From IMG/VR virus record IMGVR_UViG_2596583697_000001, positions 32,001 to 96,000 of that record: a stretch of 64,000 nucleotides of DNA; one strand, written 5' to 3'. The notes below the pieces were generated by a model that saw only the letters and a list, made by a program, of their open reading frames with translations, was not told the DNA's origin and made no database searches. Origin of the DNA: a virus. Lineage: Duplodnaviria; Caudoviricetes. Positions 17,787 through 29,837 of the stretch are shown in pieces; the stretch's first letter is position 1, and each line of letters starts with the position of its first letter. The position numbers and the translations under genes were made by a program.

Positions 17787-18482
17787 ATACAATATAAAGC
17801 CTAAACGACAAGCGTTCTGTCGGGTGCAATTCCTGACTAGGCTCTCAACAAGTGGATCACTTGTTTCCATTATGAACGGACATAGGCTCATGAGTAGCAA
17901 CGCCTCATAGTTGTGCTACCAATGGTAGTTTGTACACCTACCATATAAAACAGATTGTACACGCAATGGAGCATCGAAAACGGCGTACACTTTTCAGAGG
18001 CCGTCAACCTACGTAGAACGGCAAGAAAATGCAGGTAGGGAGCGAACATAATGAATAAAACTAGGGAACACATCCTATTATAGGGTGCCTGATATTAAAA
18101 AGCCTAGATACTTCCTAAGTTGCCATAAAGGGTAACGAAAACAAATAAGCCGGAATGAGAGAGCCGGAGCAAGGGAGCACAATGACCCCATGAAAGTGCA
18201 ACTCTCATGGAATCAAAAATAAGCGTTGTAGCTTGTACATAAGCAAACGGAATAACCAAAAAGAGCCTGACTACTCGCAATAGTCAGACCCTTTGGGAAC
18301 ACATAGAAATGTGATCACTTTACTGATGATATATCATATCACACTTCTATGAAATATTCAAGTCAGAATATGCTTTCTATTGAATAGCACCTTGACAACT
18401 AAAGAAGTGGTTATAATAGAGTGTAGTAATAGTGTTACTTTTTTGATATAATAAGTACATTCTATAACAAGGTGGTGTAAGT

Positions 18483-18695
18483 ATGGCAATTAAATCCAAT
18501 GAAGAATTAACACAAGCTATTGAAAAAATTATTGAGGATAACGGCATAAAAAAAACATGGCTTTCCGAGAAAATGGGAATTGCCAATCAAAACGTTAATC
18601 GGCTAATCAATAAAAAAAGCATGTCACTTGATGATGCAAATAAGATATTAAAACAGCTTGGATACAGTGCTACAATATCAATCGAAAAAGATTGA
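18483..18695 (+). CDS. HTH (Cro/XRE-like) regulator
   Basis: GIKKTWLSEKMGIANQNVNRLIN. Confidence 0.8.
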   Translation: MAIKSNEELTQAIEKIIEDNGIKKTWLSEKMGIANQNVNRLINKKSMSLDDANKILKQLGYSATISIEKD

Positions 18696-18714
18696 AAAAA
18701 TAATCGAAAAACGA

Positions 18715-18743
18715 TTGACATTCTCCCTTGCCTGTGTTATACT
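18715..18743 (+). promoter_or_regulatory. Strong SigA promoter ahead of a ~900-nt stretch without a credible ORF
   Basis: TTGACA, 17 nt, extended TGnTATACT. Confidence 0.65.
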
Positions 18744-19683
18744 TAATACAAGTTAAGGGAAGTAAGTAAAATAAAAGACTGGCTGCACACTCCGCAAAAA
18801 GTTTCAGCCAGTCAAAGGATCAAAGCAATTTTACTTGCCATTGATACATTCTATTATAACCATTTCTTTGGTTCAAGTCAATGAAAAATCCCAAAACAAA
18901 AATGAACTATTAATGTATGGTCAAGTGGTGTGCTTACCATATAGCAACAAGGCAGATTAATACGGACTGCAAACGAGGTAAAAGAAATCTTAATTGGTTC
19001 ATTAACCAACCTCATGTTTGAGATCGTTAAAGGATAACAACGAAAAATAGTTATCATGGTTCCGGCCATCTGGCAACGTCCAGGAGAACAGACTAAACCT
19101 GTTTAGACGTTGTGGAATACCATCCAAACCGGAAAAGCAGAATATAAGCCTGAAAATATGGCTAGAGTTTGGCAAGTACTGAATCTGAACTTGTGACCTG
19201 TGGTGGTATGGTGCCAGTAGCGGGAGTGAGAGACTATAACTATCTTAATGGAAAAGTCATGTGATCTTTCAATTAACCGTATGGGGGTAGGAATACGGCG
19301 AAAAGTGACATATGAAAACCTTATTGATTGTTATTAGTAAACCACGGAGCAGGAAGGCAAGAATACGCACCTGATTATATATTTCCCAGAGGTAGAGACT
19401 GGACAAGCAGAGAACGGAATAACAGTAATTAATTTTAGTATCTATTATGCAGACGAAAACAGAAACAAACGTGAGACGTTATAAAAGAATCCTAACCACA
19501 GCCAAACGGGACATACGGCAAACTTTTATAATTAGTTATATCCCTTGAAAAATTCTATTCTCGCCTGTATAAGTACTTACTGAAGTGAGTAAATATACAA
19601 TTCGAAAGGAGAAACCCTAAAATATTAGTGATTATTCACTTTACAAAAGTTATCACATATGATAATATTAAGCAAAAGAGGAG

Positions 19684-20052
19684 GTGAATATAATTTTTGA
19701 ACTAGATTTTTACATGAAAGAAAACGGAAGTGTGCCAGTACAAGAATTTTTGTATTCACTTTCACCTAAGTTACGAGCAAAGGCATTCAGAGACATTGAA
19801 TTATTGCAAGAAATTGGAAACGAATTAAAAGAACCATATGTAAAACCCTTGAAAGGTAAAGATAATAAGGGATTGTATGAGTTGAGAATAAAATTTGCTT
19901 CTGACATAGCACGTATATTTTATTTTACATGTCATAATAATAAGTATATATTATTGCATGGATTTATAAAGAAATCAATAACAACACCGCCTGGAGAAAT
20001 TGACAAGGCTAGAAAATATATGGCTGATTATAAAAGGAGGTTAAGCATATGA
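19684..20052 (+). CDS. RelE/HigB-like toxin (Gp49/DUF891 type)
   Basis: LYELRIK...RIFYF...ILLHGFIKK; toxin-first, overlaps the antitoxin. Confidence 0.85.
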   Translation: MNIIFELDFYMKENGSVPVQEFLYSLSPKLRAKAFRDIELLQEIGNELKEPYVKPLKGKDNKGLYELRIKFASDIARIFYFTCHNNKYILLHGFIKKSITTPPGEIDKARKYMADYKRRLSI

Positions 20053-20333
20053 ATAAAGTAGGTATTTCTTTTGATAAAATGAAAGAAGATCTGTTGAAGG
20101 ATAGCGAGTTTAAGACAGAATACGACAAATTAGCACCAAGATACGAGGCTATTAAACAGATTATAACAGCAAGAAAAGAGCAAAATATCACACAAGAAGA
20201 ACTTGCTAAAAGGGTAGGGACTCAAAAAAGTAATATTTCAAGGCTTGAAAGTGGAAATTACAATCCTTCATTAGACTTTTTAACAAAAGTCGCTGCTTCT
20301 TTAGGAAAAAGTTTACAAGTGCAACTTAAGTAA
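20049..20333 (+). CDS. HigA-like HTH antitoxin
   Basis: ITQEELAKRVGTQKSNISRLESG; ATGA overlap with toxin. Confidence 0.85.
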   Translation: MNKVGISFDKMKEDLLKDSEFKTEYDKLAPRYEAIKQIITARKEQNITQEELAKRVGTQKSNISRLESGNYNPSLDFLTKVAASLGKSLQVQLK

Positions 20334-20437
20334 ACGAGGGAAGAAACATAATTTTAATAAGCTATAGTAATTTAAAGGGTATAGGCTAATCGCTTATATC
20401 CTTTTTATATTAAGAAAAATAGGAGGAAGGCAAAACA

Positions 20438-21328
20438 ATGAATGCAAATGAATTATTAGAAAGCAAGGAATTACGCGAAAAGTTAGTTGTAAAGGTAGAA
20501 ATTTTAGAGAAGGTTAAGAAATTGCTCCTTATTCCTGGCACTGAATTAGCAACGATTAAACAGGTTGCAGAATTTTATGAAGTAGAGGAAGACACGGTTA
20601 AAAAGTTGGTATTCCGGAATCTTGAAGAGTTAGAAGAAGATGGACTTATATCTTATTCTGGTAAAGAAACCAAGGAGTTTTTTGATAGAGACAATATGTC
20701 CCTTTCAAACTTAAGAGGTGGTTTTGAAGTAAATGGAATACGTTTTAGCAATAGGGGTAATAAATTATTCCCTCGTCGTGCAATTCTACGCATAGGAATG
20801 TTACTTAGAGATTCAGCCGTTGCAAAGGAGATCCGAACTCAACTACTTAATATAGAAGAAAAGGCAACTCCTGAAGTAAAAACCATGGATATCAACGAGG
20901 AACAATCCCTTGCCTTATCCGTTGGAATGGCATATGCAAGCGGAAACCCAGACGCTATTATGATAGCTACCACTAAAATGATGGACTTTAAGAACCGGCA
21001 CATTGCAAGGTTGAACGAGTCTAACAATGCTCTGGCAAATGGTATCCTGGCATGGGAAGACAGAAGCAGGATCAATTTTGCAGTCCGTAAGATGGCAGCT
21101 TATGCCCACATTACAGTGGGTAAAGCATGGAGCGAGTTGTACAAGCAGTTAAAGAATGGTTTCCATATTGATTTACAGAGCAGAGGAAAACAGCCATGGA
21201 TACAACACGTAGATGAAAAAGAATGGCAATGCGTGATTAAAGCATTTTCTGCCTTATGCAAGTATTACGAGTTGGAGCCTAGCGAAATGTTCCATGACTT
21301 AAAAATTGAAGAAGAAACGAAAGTTTGA
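20438..21328 (+). CDS. Phage antirepressor-like DNA-binding protein
   Basis: ATIKQVAEFYEV...FPRRAILRIGMLLRDSAVAKEIRTQLL; AGGAGG RBS. Confidence 0.6.
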   Translation: MNANELLESKELREKLVVKVEILEKVKKLLLIPGTELATIKQVAEFYEVEEDTVKKLVFRNLEELEEDGLISYSGKETKEFFDRDNMSLSNLRGGFEVNGIRFSNRGNKLFPRRAILRIGMLLRDSAVAKEIRTQLLNIEEKATPEVKTMDINEEQSLALSVGMAYASGNPDAIMIATTKMMDFKNRHIARLNESNNALANGILAWEDRSRINFAVRKMAAYAHITVGKAWSELYKQLKNGFHIDLQSRGKQPWIQHVDEKEWQCVIKAFSALCKYYELEPSEMFHDLKIEEETKV

Positions 21329-21394
21329 ACAAAGGATTTGTAACGGTCAAATGTTGCAGATCCATTTTTAATTAAATAAACAGGAGGTTTTACT

Positions 21395-21568
21395 ATGAAA
21401 AACAAATTTTTAGTAACTGCACTTATAATAAGTGCTTTTTTATTAGGCAGATTTACAAATATCAATACGGACACCATAGACATGAACAAAGTAGTCAATA
21501 TCCAGGCTAACGATTACGGCGCACAGATAACCCTTCTGGACGGCAATGGCTACTATTGGGAAAGGTAG
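21395..21568 (+). CDS. Small secreted or membrane-anchored protein (57 aa)
   Basis: Manual: AGGAGG RBS, MKNKFLVTALIISAFLLG signal-like N-terminus. Confidence 0.55.
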   Translation: MKNKFLVTALIISAFLLGRFTNINTDTIDMNKVVNIQANDYGAQITLLDGNGYYWER

Positions 21569-21575
21569 GGGGATT

Positions 21576-24500
21576 ATGAGAAAATACAACACATCTAATT
21601 GTCTGCCAAGTATAGCGAAAATGAAAAAGTCATTTCCTGAATTAGTAGAGAACAAAAAGGATTTTACTAACAACAAAAAATATCTGTACGATTTTTCAAT
21701 GCTTAATGGCAAAATTCCGACTGACATTATGGAATCGATTTACGACCAGGCCATGAAACAAACTGGCATTATAGATTGTTTTGCTGTATGTGACGCTGTA
21801 TCAAGCACAGAGGACAAGAAGTATTTTGTCTATCTGGACTTTATCCCATACAAGGTAATAAACAAAAATACAGGCAGAACAAGTTATTGTGTCATGGAAC
21901 TATCGGCTATACGAATATCAGTCTATGACATGAATGTATACGGCTATGCAGAGAATATCCAAGCGGATTATATAGAAGCTGGTCACTGGAAAGAGAGCAC
22001 TTTGACATATATCAACGATATAGAAGTGGCATAGATTATCCATTTCATAGGGAGGTAAGGATATGAAACCTGTTGATTATTTGATAACTGATTTACAGAG
22101 AATGAAGGATAAAAGAGAAAATATCTGTAAGGAACTTGGTAATGGATACGATTGGATGCTAGTTGAAAGTTTAATATCCATTGAAAATAAAATTAAACAG
22201 ACAGCCGAGAGGATCGACAAAATGCAAAACCTATAAAACGATTATTTCATGATAGGGAGATAAAAAGATATGAAAAGAAAATGGGAAATAGTACATGATT
22301 GCGATGGAGACAACGGAGAACCTACTTGCTGGGTTTTAGAAGTAAATCATAACGATTATGGAAAATTTATCTGGATAACGGATTCTGCGTTAGGGTTTGA
22401 TATTGAATACAAAAGTAAATACAGTAATGATATTACTCCTCTTATAACATGTAAAACCTTAACATCTGCAAAAAGATGGGTATCAATAAATATAAGATGA
22501 AAACCGAATTTTAAGGAGGAAGTTGTTATGCACGGATATGACGTTTATTTCAAAGGTGGAATGAGAGTTTTTGTATCATCTAGCACCCCCAAAGAGGCCA
22601 TTCAAAAGGCAAAAATTAAATTTCCCGGAATGGAGGTTATTGGACATAGTCTTAAATGTATAAAAACAAATATTGTTTAATGTAAATAATATCAGCAGAG
22701 TGGAACGGCTTACATAGCCGTTTTAATGCACATGGCAAAGCCATACGGTCACAAGTCCGTAAGCATTAAGGAATGGGGGATTAAACAATGAAAAATTACA
22801 AGGTAACTTTTGAGAGAAGCAATAAAACTATTGGATCAGATGTTTTTACAGCAAATTCCAGACAGGGAGCAGGACATGAATTTAAAGAATGTTATCGACA
22901 TGATGTGTATAAAATTTTATCAATAGAGGAAGTCGAGGAACAATAAAATTCTTATTTCAAATTGAAAGGATAAAGAAAAATGAACGATGTGGGATATGAT
23001 ACAAGTTTAAAATACAAGGGTTCATATGCTGAGATAAGCGTAAAAACTGCGACACAAGACGGATTAAAGAACTTAAAACCATACTATGAGGGGGCGATAG
23101 CCTATCATACAAAAGAAAATAACAAAAGTCAAATCGCCTTCTTTTCAGAGGGATTGAATCTTATTAATAAAAGACTAAATTAACAATGAATCTATTCATT
23201 CTTTTGAAAATATGGAGGCAAAAACATATGAGTTACGATATACAGTTGGTTAATAAAGAAGATGTAAGGATAGGTGACACAATTCTATGTAATGATGGAA
23301 ATATAAGAACAGTGTGCCGAAATAACATTACTAGCGGATTTATGGGGTCGTGTTTATTTGGCGAGTCCTATCGGTTAGGGCAAGAAAGAGTTAAAAAAAT
23401 AGTCAATCTGAAATATTAATAAATTTTATTTCCAGTCATAAGCCATTAGAGAATATAACTCTAGTGGCTTTTATAGTGGGTATAACACGAAGAAAAAACA
23501 TATGGAGGATATTATCATGAGAAAAGAATATACAGTAGAACAGATGGCAGGTGCAAGATGGTTTTATACATTCACAGAACCTAATGCAAAAGGTGAAAAG
23601 ATAGTGATGGAGCTAAGCAAATGTATTAATCCAGGTGGAAGTAATGCAATTCCTGTATTATGGAATAAACATGGATATATGGATAGGGTTCTGGAAACAT
23701 ATTGGAGTATTCAAACTTATGTGACAGATACAGAGGGATATTGTTATGGAATGTATAATCCTCAAGAGAAACCAGGAAGATATGAAATAAATTTCGATTG
23801 GATATTTGAAGCAACAGAAGAGAACAAAGAAAAGTTAATTGATGAAGTTTATAAATTGGCATCGTCAGCATATGGAGAAACAGCAACAGAGAGGAAGCAC
23901 AGAAAAATTAAAGAATTTGCAGCCAAGGAAAAAGTTGAACTTTTAACAGAGATTCCGGAAGGGTGGAAGAAATTAAAAGGATCGATGACTGCACCTTACG
24001 GATCTGTGTGGGTATCTAACAAGGAACCATTTAAAAGTGGAAACAGAAAAACAGCATTATTGTTAGTTTGTTAAACTATTTTAGAAAATAGAGGTATTAA
24101 AGATGAAAAAATATACGAGAAAAAATTTTTCTGCATATTTGTCTGATTGTGACTATAAAGGTTACAGAACATATGCATGGATTGAAAATTTAACTATAAA
24201 ATATTTTTATCTGCAAACAGTAGAGGACTACACAAAGACCTTTGAGACTCTTGCAGATTTGTATGATTATATTGATAACAAGTAAAAAGTATGGGAAGGC
24301 GGTAAAAAATATGAAAACTATAAAGGTGATTTTTGAAAAAGGTAACAGCTTCACAACAAGAATTAATGGGACAGAAGACGAAATAAAAGCTTATTATGTT
24401 GGGAAGGTCTTTAACTTGGGTTGTGTGGAAGACGATTTACAGAAAGTAATAGGGGTTGAATTTTTATGAATTGCGGATGAAAAGTAAGTTTCATTTAGAA

Positions 24501-27500
24501 TGGAGGATTAAAAATCATGACAAACGCATTATTTAATCGTGGGGAAAATGGTCATATGTCAATGCGTGATATGGATCTTGAATGGTTGCGTAAACAGGCA
24601 TATTTAAAATGTAGTTTTGAAAATGCTGATATTAAAAAGATTGATAAAATCGTCAACGGAATTAAGGCAGGTAAAATTAATAAAAGCAATTTATTTGACG
24701 AAGTGCGGAAGCTAACGAAGAATGTAACAAGTGATCATTCTATAGGAAGATGGCAGTGCATTACAGAGTGGTTCAATGATACGGAATGGTTTTGAAGGTA
24801 ATGTTTACGAATCAGAATAAAATGCACGTTTAATGGTGAGTAATCGGAGAATATATATCTGGTTGCTTTTTTTATGTTCAAAACCAGGAAGGGGATTGTA
24901 ATGGACGAAAACATAATCATATGCCCAAATTGTAGCCGAAAATTAAGTATCATCAGAAAAGATGGGAATATAAGGAAAGAAATTCATTGTAGATGCCGTG
25001 ATAAATATGGGCACACGATGATCCAATGGGTATCTGGAGCAGGCTATCATTACTTTAGCAATGAAATGGAATGGATTCCAGTTATACACGGGTAAATAAA
25101 ATACATGATTTATTAGGAGGTAAAAATATATGAGTTATTATAGGAATTGGAAATGCTACAGCTATGGCTTATGTGGAAGTGATAGAGAATATGATTATCA
25201 GGAGCTTAAAGAATACTTTGAAATTGATGGTAGTGACGTTGCATATTGTAAAACAAATATTTTGGAATATAAAGCTGGCAACTATTATAGCATTCTCGCC
25301 GGTGGACAACTCAATGGTAAAGAATACGGATTTGTTATACTGGAAAGATGAAAGGAAAATTTCAAGGGAGGATATATTTTGAATAGAAATAAAATTACTT
25401 TATTCGGTGAAAAGAGCAATGTAGTTATTAAAAAGACTGGCTTATTATCCTATGGAGTATATCAAAATGGAACGCTTCTTGCAAAGTCACGAAAATTCAA
25501 GGCATACCAAAATGATATTTTAAGGATTATGTATACTGGAATTGCTTTCGGAACAGGTGATTATATTCTTGAAGCAGAAAGTATGAGCGGGATAAAAGAA
25601 ATTTATAGATGGAAAGGTTAAGATAAAAGATTTTAATGGAGGTCTTATTATGAGTTTAATTGAATATAGGAGTAATGATATTGATATGAGCGCATTTAAA
25701 GAAGATTTAAAATATTGGAGTAATTGTTGTGGGGAATTACATCACCATGGAGAATATGATATAGAAGAATTTGATTTGCCACAAGAGTTAAAGCGGGCAT
25801 ATACAGACTTATGGACTGAAGGTGGTGGCTCTTTATGCTATCTTGTTGAATACAAAGGCTTATATGGAATTGCCTTAATTAATGAATTTGATGATTGGTT
25901 CGCAGAAGATGAGGGAGTGTCCATGGATTCTCTTTATGAACAAATGAAACAGAAGGCCAATTCTTTAATTGATAATGATTTATTTAAAGAATCTCAAATT
26001 ATATGTTCCGAATATGCTGGTTTCAATGAATGTCATGAATTAATAGTTATTCTGCCTACTTATATAGAAGAAGATATATTTAATAGAATCATGGATTATC
26101 TTGATAAAACAGTTTATGGATTGAAATTGTAATTTAATTAGAAAGGGTAAAGGCAAAAAGCATGATTAAAATGATTGTAAGATATAGAGTAATGAGCGAA
26201 GTCAGAAGATTAATTAATATTGCAAAAGAAAAGGTTACTAGTGGAGGAGATGAATACGAATGGTTTGATTATGTAAATAAGTACCTTGATTTTATCTGGA
26301 ATGCTAAATTAATCAATAAGAAAAATATAGATATTTTGTGGAGAGAATTGCAAGATGCAACAAATGAAAAATAGATTTTATAAGCATATAAAAATATGGA
26401 GGTAAAAGGGTGAGTGAAAATATGAAGTTTGGAGAGAACACATATAAACAAATGATATATTTATGCAGACAAGATAAATTAACACCTGATGGAAAAGTTA
26501 GATTCAACGTAGGGTTGAAATGGCAACCTATAAATGAAAATTGGAAACCTTATTGTATAAGTGACTTACCCAATACTGTTGATAATGGAGAGGATGCAAA
26601 ACAGTTTACAGGAAGACAAAGGAAAAATGCTATTATATATGCAAAAGAATTGAAGCAAAAATACAATTTAGAAATAGACGAATCTCTTATATAGAAAATA
26701 CAATAGAAAACAGGTTTCATAGGTAGCGAAAGGAGAATAGAGAATAAATGAAAAAGTCAAAATTAGTATTGGAACTTAGCTGTTGCGTTGGTTACGGTTA
26801 TATGGCATATATTGAGTTTGGGGCGAAGGAAGCAGTTGTAGACTTTCTGAAAAATTTCTGTATGTGGGGAGGAAGCACAAAAACATTTAAAAGCTATAAC
26901 ATGTACGAATTATCAGAGGATGTGATGAAATTTATGACTACTAGATCGTTTAAATCGTGGTTGCTAAAGAACAATGTTGAGTTGCTTACAAAATACGAAG
27001 TAGAATATGATAGAGTCTTAAACGAAGTATTTTTACAAGCGTGACAATAGAAAGCACATTTTATAAACAGAGGAGAGAAAAATATAATGAAAAACGTATT
27101 TACGATTTATTTGATTATTAGCATCATAGCATTAAATATACTATTACTAAACATTAAAAAAGACAATGCCAGGCTAAAGACAATACTCAAGGAAGCACAT
27201 TATGCAACGCTTGCAGTAATATCATTTACTCCAATTATACACTTAATTGTCGTTGCATTATCGATTTTTAATAAAGGATCTATTGATATTTATGAAATGA
27301 CTAAGACATGGAAAGAGAGGGAATCATGATAAGCACTGTCAAAGATTATAACAACTCATACAGTTATCAACGAATGCACAAGAGAAAACAACGTAGAAAT
27401 TTCATAATATTGAACCGAATTATAGGAAGCATTTTACCGATGCTTTCTATTTTTTCACTCTTTATGATGTCTGATCAGTGTGGAAACTGGACATTTGCAG

Positions 27501-28230
27501 CTTTACTGATTATTATAAGCATGGCTTTATTTATGCAAACAAAAGGAGAATATTAAAAATGAGCAATGTAAAATTTCACTATCAGAAGAATAAGGAAGGG
27601 AAAATCGAAATGTATGCAAATGGTATATACATATCTACATTTGATAACTTTACGGAGATTTTCGCCTTACATAGTCTTTTATCTTAATACATAGCCTTGT
27701 CGGTGATCCGGAAGGATAGGCCGTGCTGCAAAAGTAAACAAGGCATTCCCGGCAGTCTGAAAGTGATTGCTGCTTACCACAGGAGAATTAGTGGTTGATC
27801 TGGCATAGGTCACTAACCGCACATAATTAGCGGTAGATTATTAATAGGAGGTGTTTCGTATGGGGTATGGAGAATTAGAACAGTGTAAGGACTTTGGCAA
27901 GCTGAAGACGGTATTTGATAGTGATATGCTTGGATACTTTGAGAGGCAGCTAGAACGCTATTTAAATGGATCAGAAGATAGACCAGCGGTAGTATGTTGG
28001 TGGGAAGGTGTATTGAGTACAGAGGAATTTATAAGTCAATGTTCATAAATATTATAAGAAAATAGGAGGATTATCAAATGAGCTATGAAAAATTTAAACC
28101 AGAAGAAGTAATTGATATTTTAACACAGTTTCAAAAGTATTTGACGGAGGGTAAAGAACTTGAATGCAAACCTACAGAACTTCTTGGAGCCGTAGAATAT
28201 GCAAAAGAGACAGTAAAAATGCTAAAACAG
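21576..28230 (+). other. Array of about 20 small hypothetical early genes (e.g. 21576-22034, 22270-22500, 23517-24074, 24517-24795, 25650-26132, 26410-26694, 26748-27044)
   Basis: Co-oriented short ORFs, most with GGAGG-type RBS and separated by the palindromic sites. Confidence 0.7.
22693..22762 (+). ncRNA. Twister ribozyme candidate (circularly permuted, P5-type)
   Basis: GCAGAGUGG-[P1 AACGGCU/AGCCGUU]-UAAUGCAC-[P3 AUGGC/GCCAU]-ACGGUCACAAGUCCGU; pseudoknots UCAC/GUGG and AC/GU are complementary. Confidence 0.6.
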
Positions 28231-28298
28231 TAATAGAAGTGTGCTTTCATTTGGAGAATATTCTAGTGAAACTAGAAAACCAAATGAAAGGAGTTTAA

Positions 28299-28859
28299 AT
28301 GCCAAGAAAGAAGAAGGGCAATAATTACATAATTGATAAAGAGAACAATATTGCCAAAATAGAGTTGAGAAGAAGGGGTAAAGAAAATTTATGGACGGTT
28401 GTTGATATTGAAGATTTACGGCGAATATTAGGTTTTCCGTATAGTTGGTTTTCGAAATATGACCCACATATAAATGATTTTTATTCAGTTTCCACTGAAT
28501 ATTTATACTTTGATAATAAAAAGCCTATAAATAGACCGGTGTATTTACATCAATATATTATGAGGGCAGAAGGGAGGATAATTGATCATATAAATAACAA
28601 CACTTTAGATAATCGAAAAAGTAATCTGCGAATTGCGCCAGATGCGAATAACTCTAAAAATCGAAAGGGAAGAAATCGCAATAACAAATCGGGGTACAGA
28701 AATGTATCGAGATTTGATAATCAGTGGTATGTCCAGCTACAGGTTGATGGTAAAAATACATGTTTGGGAAAATTTCCTTTAGATAATCTTGATGATGCCG
28801 TAAAATTTGCAGAAGAAATGAGACAAAAATATTATGGCGAGTACGCTGGAAATGCGTAG
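28299..28859 (+). CDS. HNH endonuclease with C-terminal AP2 domain
   Basis: LHQYIM...IDHINNNTLDNRKSNLR; SGYRNVS...WYVQL...YYGEYA. Confidence 0.85.
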   Translation: MPRKKKGNNYIIDKENNIAKIELRRRGKENLWTVVDIEDLRRILGFPYSWFSKYDPHINDFYSVSTEYLYFDNKKPINRPVYLHQYIMRAEGRIIDHINNNTLDNRKSNLRIAPDANNSKNRKGRNRNNKSGYRNVSRFDNQWYVQLQVDGKNTCLGKFPLDNLDDAVKFAEEMRQKYYGEYAGNA

Positions 28860-29837
28860 CTGCCAACGAAAGAGATATTTTAACTATAAAAAGTAAAAGG
28901 AGAATGTGAAATGAAGTTAATAGAAAGAGTTTATGGTTTTGTTATCTATGAATTAGACGAAGTAATGATAAATAAATTTGGAGGAAAATACTTCCTGTCA
29001 CAAGCTGAAATATCTGAATATTGGTTGAAAAATCATTCGGTGGAAGAAACCATTTCCGAATTAAAATCATATAATTACGAGGGTATTTTTCAAACAAGGT
29101 TGGAGGCTTATTATCAAGCCAATTTAGTAGAAATGGAACATCAATATAATTTACTTAAAAATAGCATTAAGGAGACTTGTGAGAAAATGAATAATAGAAC
29201 TGACGTTAACTGGTATGAAATATCTGAATAAAAACAAGATTATATTGTGAAGATGGAGGTTGAGAAGATGAGAAGCGAAGACAGATTACAAAGTGTTTAT
29301 ATAGGAGTTGTTGCCGGGATTAAATGTTGTAAAGAAGGGGAAAGGTCAGATTATAACAAAGGGAAGATGGCAGCATATAGCGAGGTACTTAGCGCAATGG
29401 GTATAAATATTGAAGATGTATGCGTTTTGATGGCAAGTGTATGAGCCAATAAATCCACAATTTCAAGCAAGAAAAGGAGAGTAAACGTGAAAATTAAAGA
29501 GAATTTAACAGTAAGAGAAGCAGAGGACTATGCAAAAGAGAACGGATATAATAAGGTGGCATTTAGCCTTAAGATTAACGATAAATATGTCGTAAGTGGA
29601 AAATATTTAGACGCATACTATGATCTCATTGAGATCCCAGTTCTCGGAAGCGGATTTACAAGATTTGCCGATTTATGCAAAGAACATGGGGAGCGAAATT
29701 TATCTATTGATATTATAGACGAAGAAGAACTTAAAAATAGTATATCTTTTGATTTTATTATCAGGGGTAAATTTGACAGTATTCCAGAAGAATACAAAAT
29801 TGCTGAATAAAATCAGGATTTGAATGGAGGTAATATC

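Noticed and set aside
18392-18417. TTGACA...TATAAT promoter before the HTH gene
   Set aside because: The spacer is only 14 nt, so it is not called as SigA
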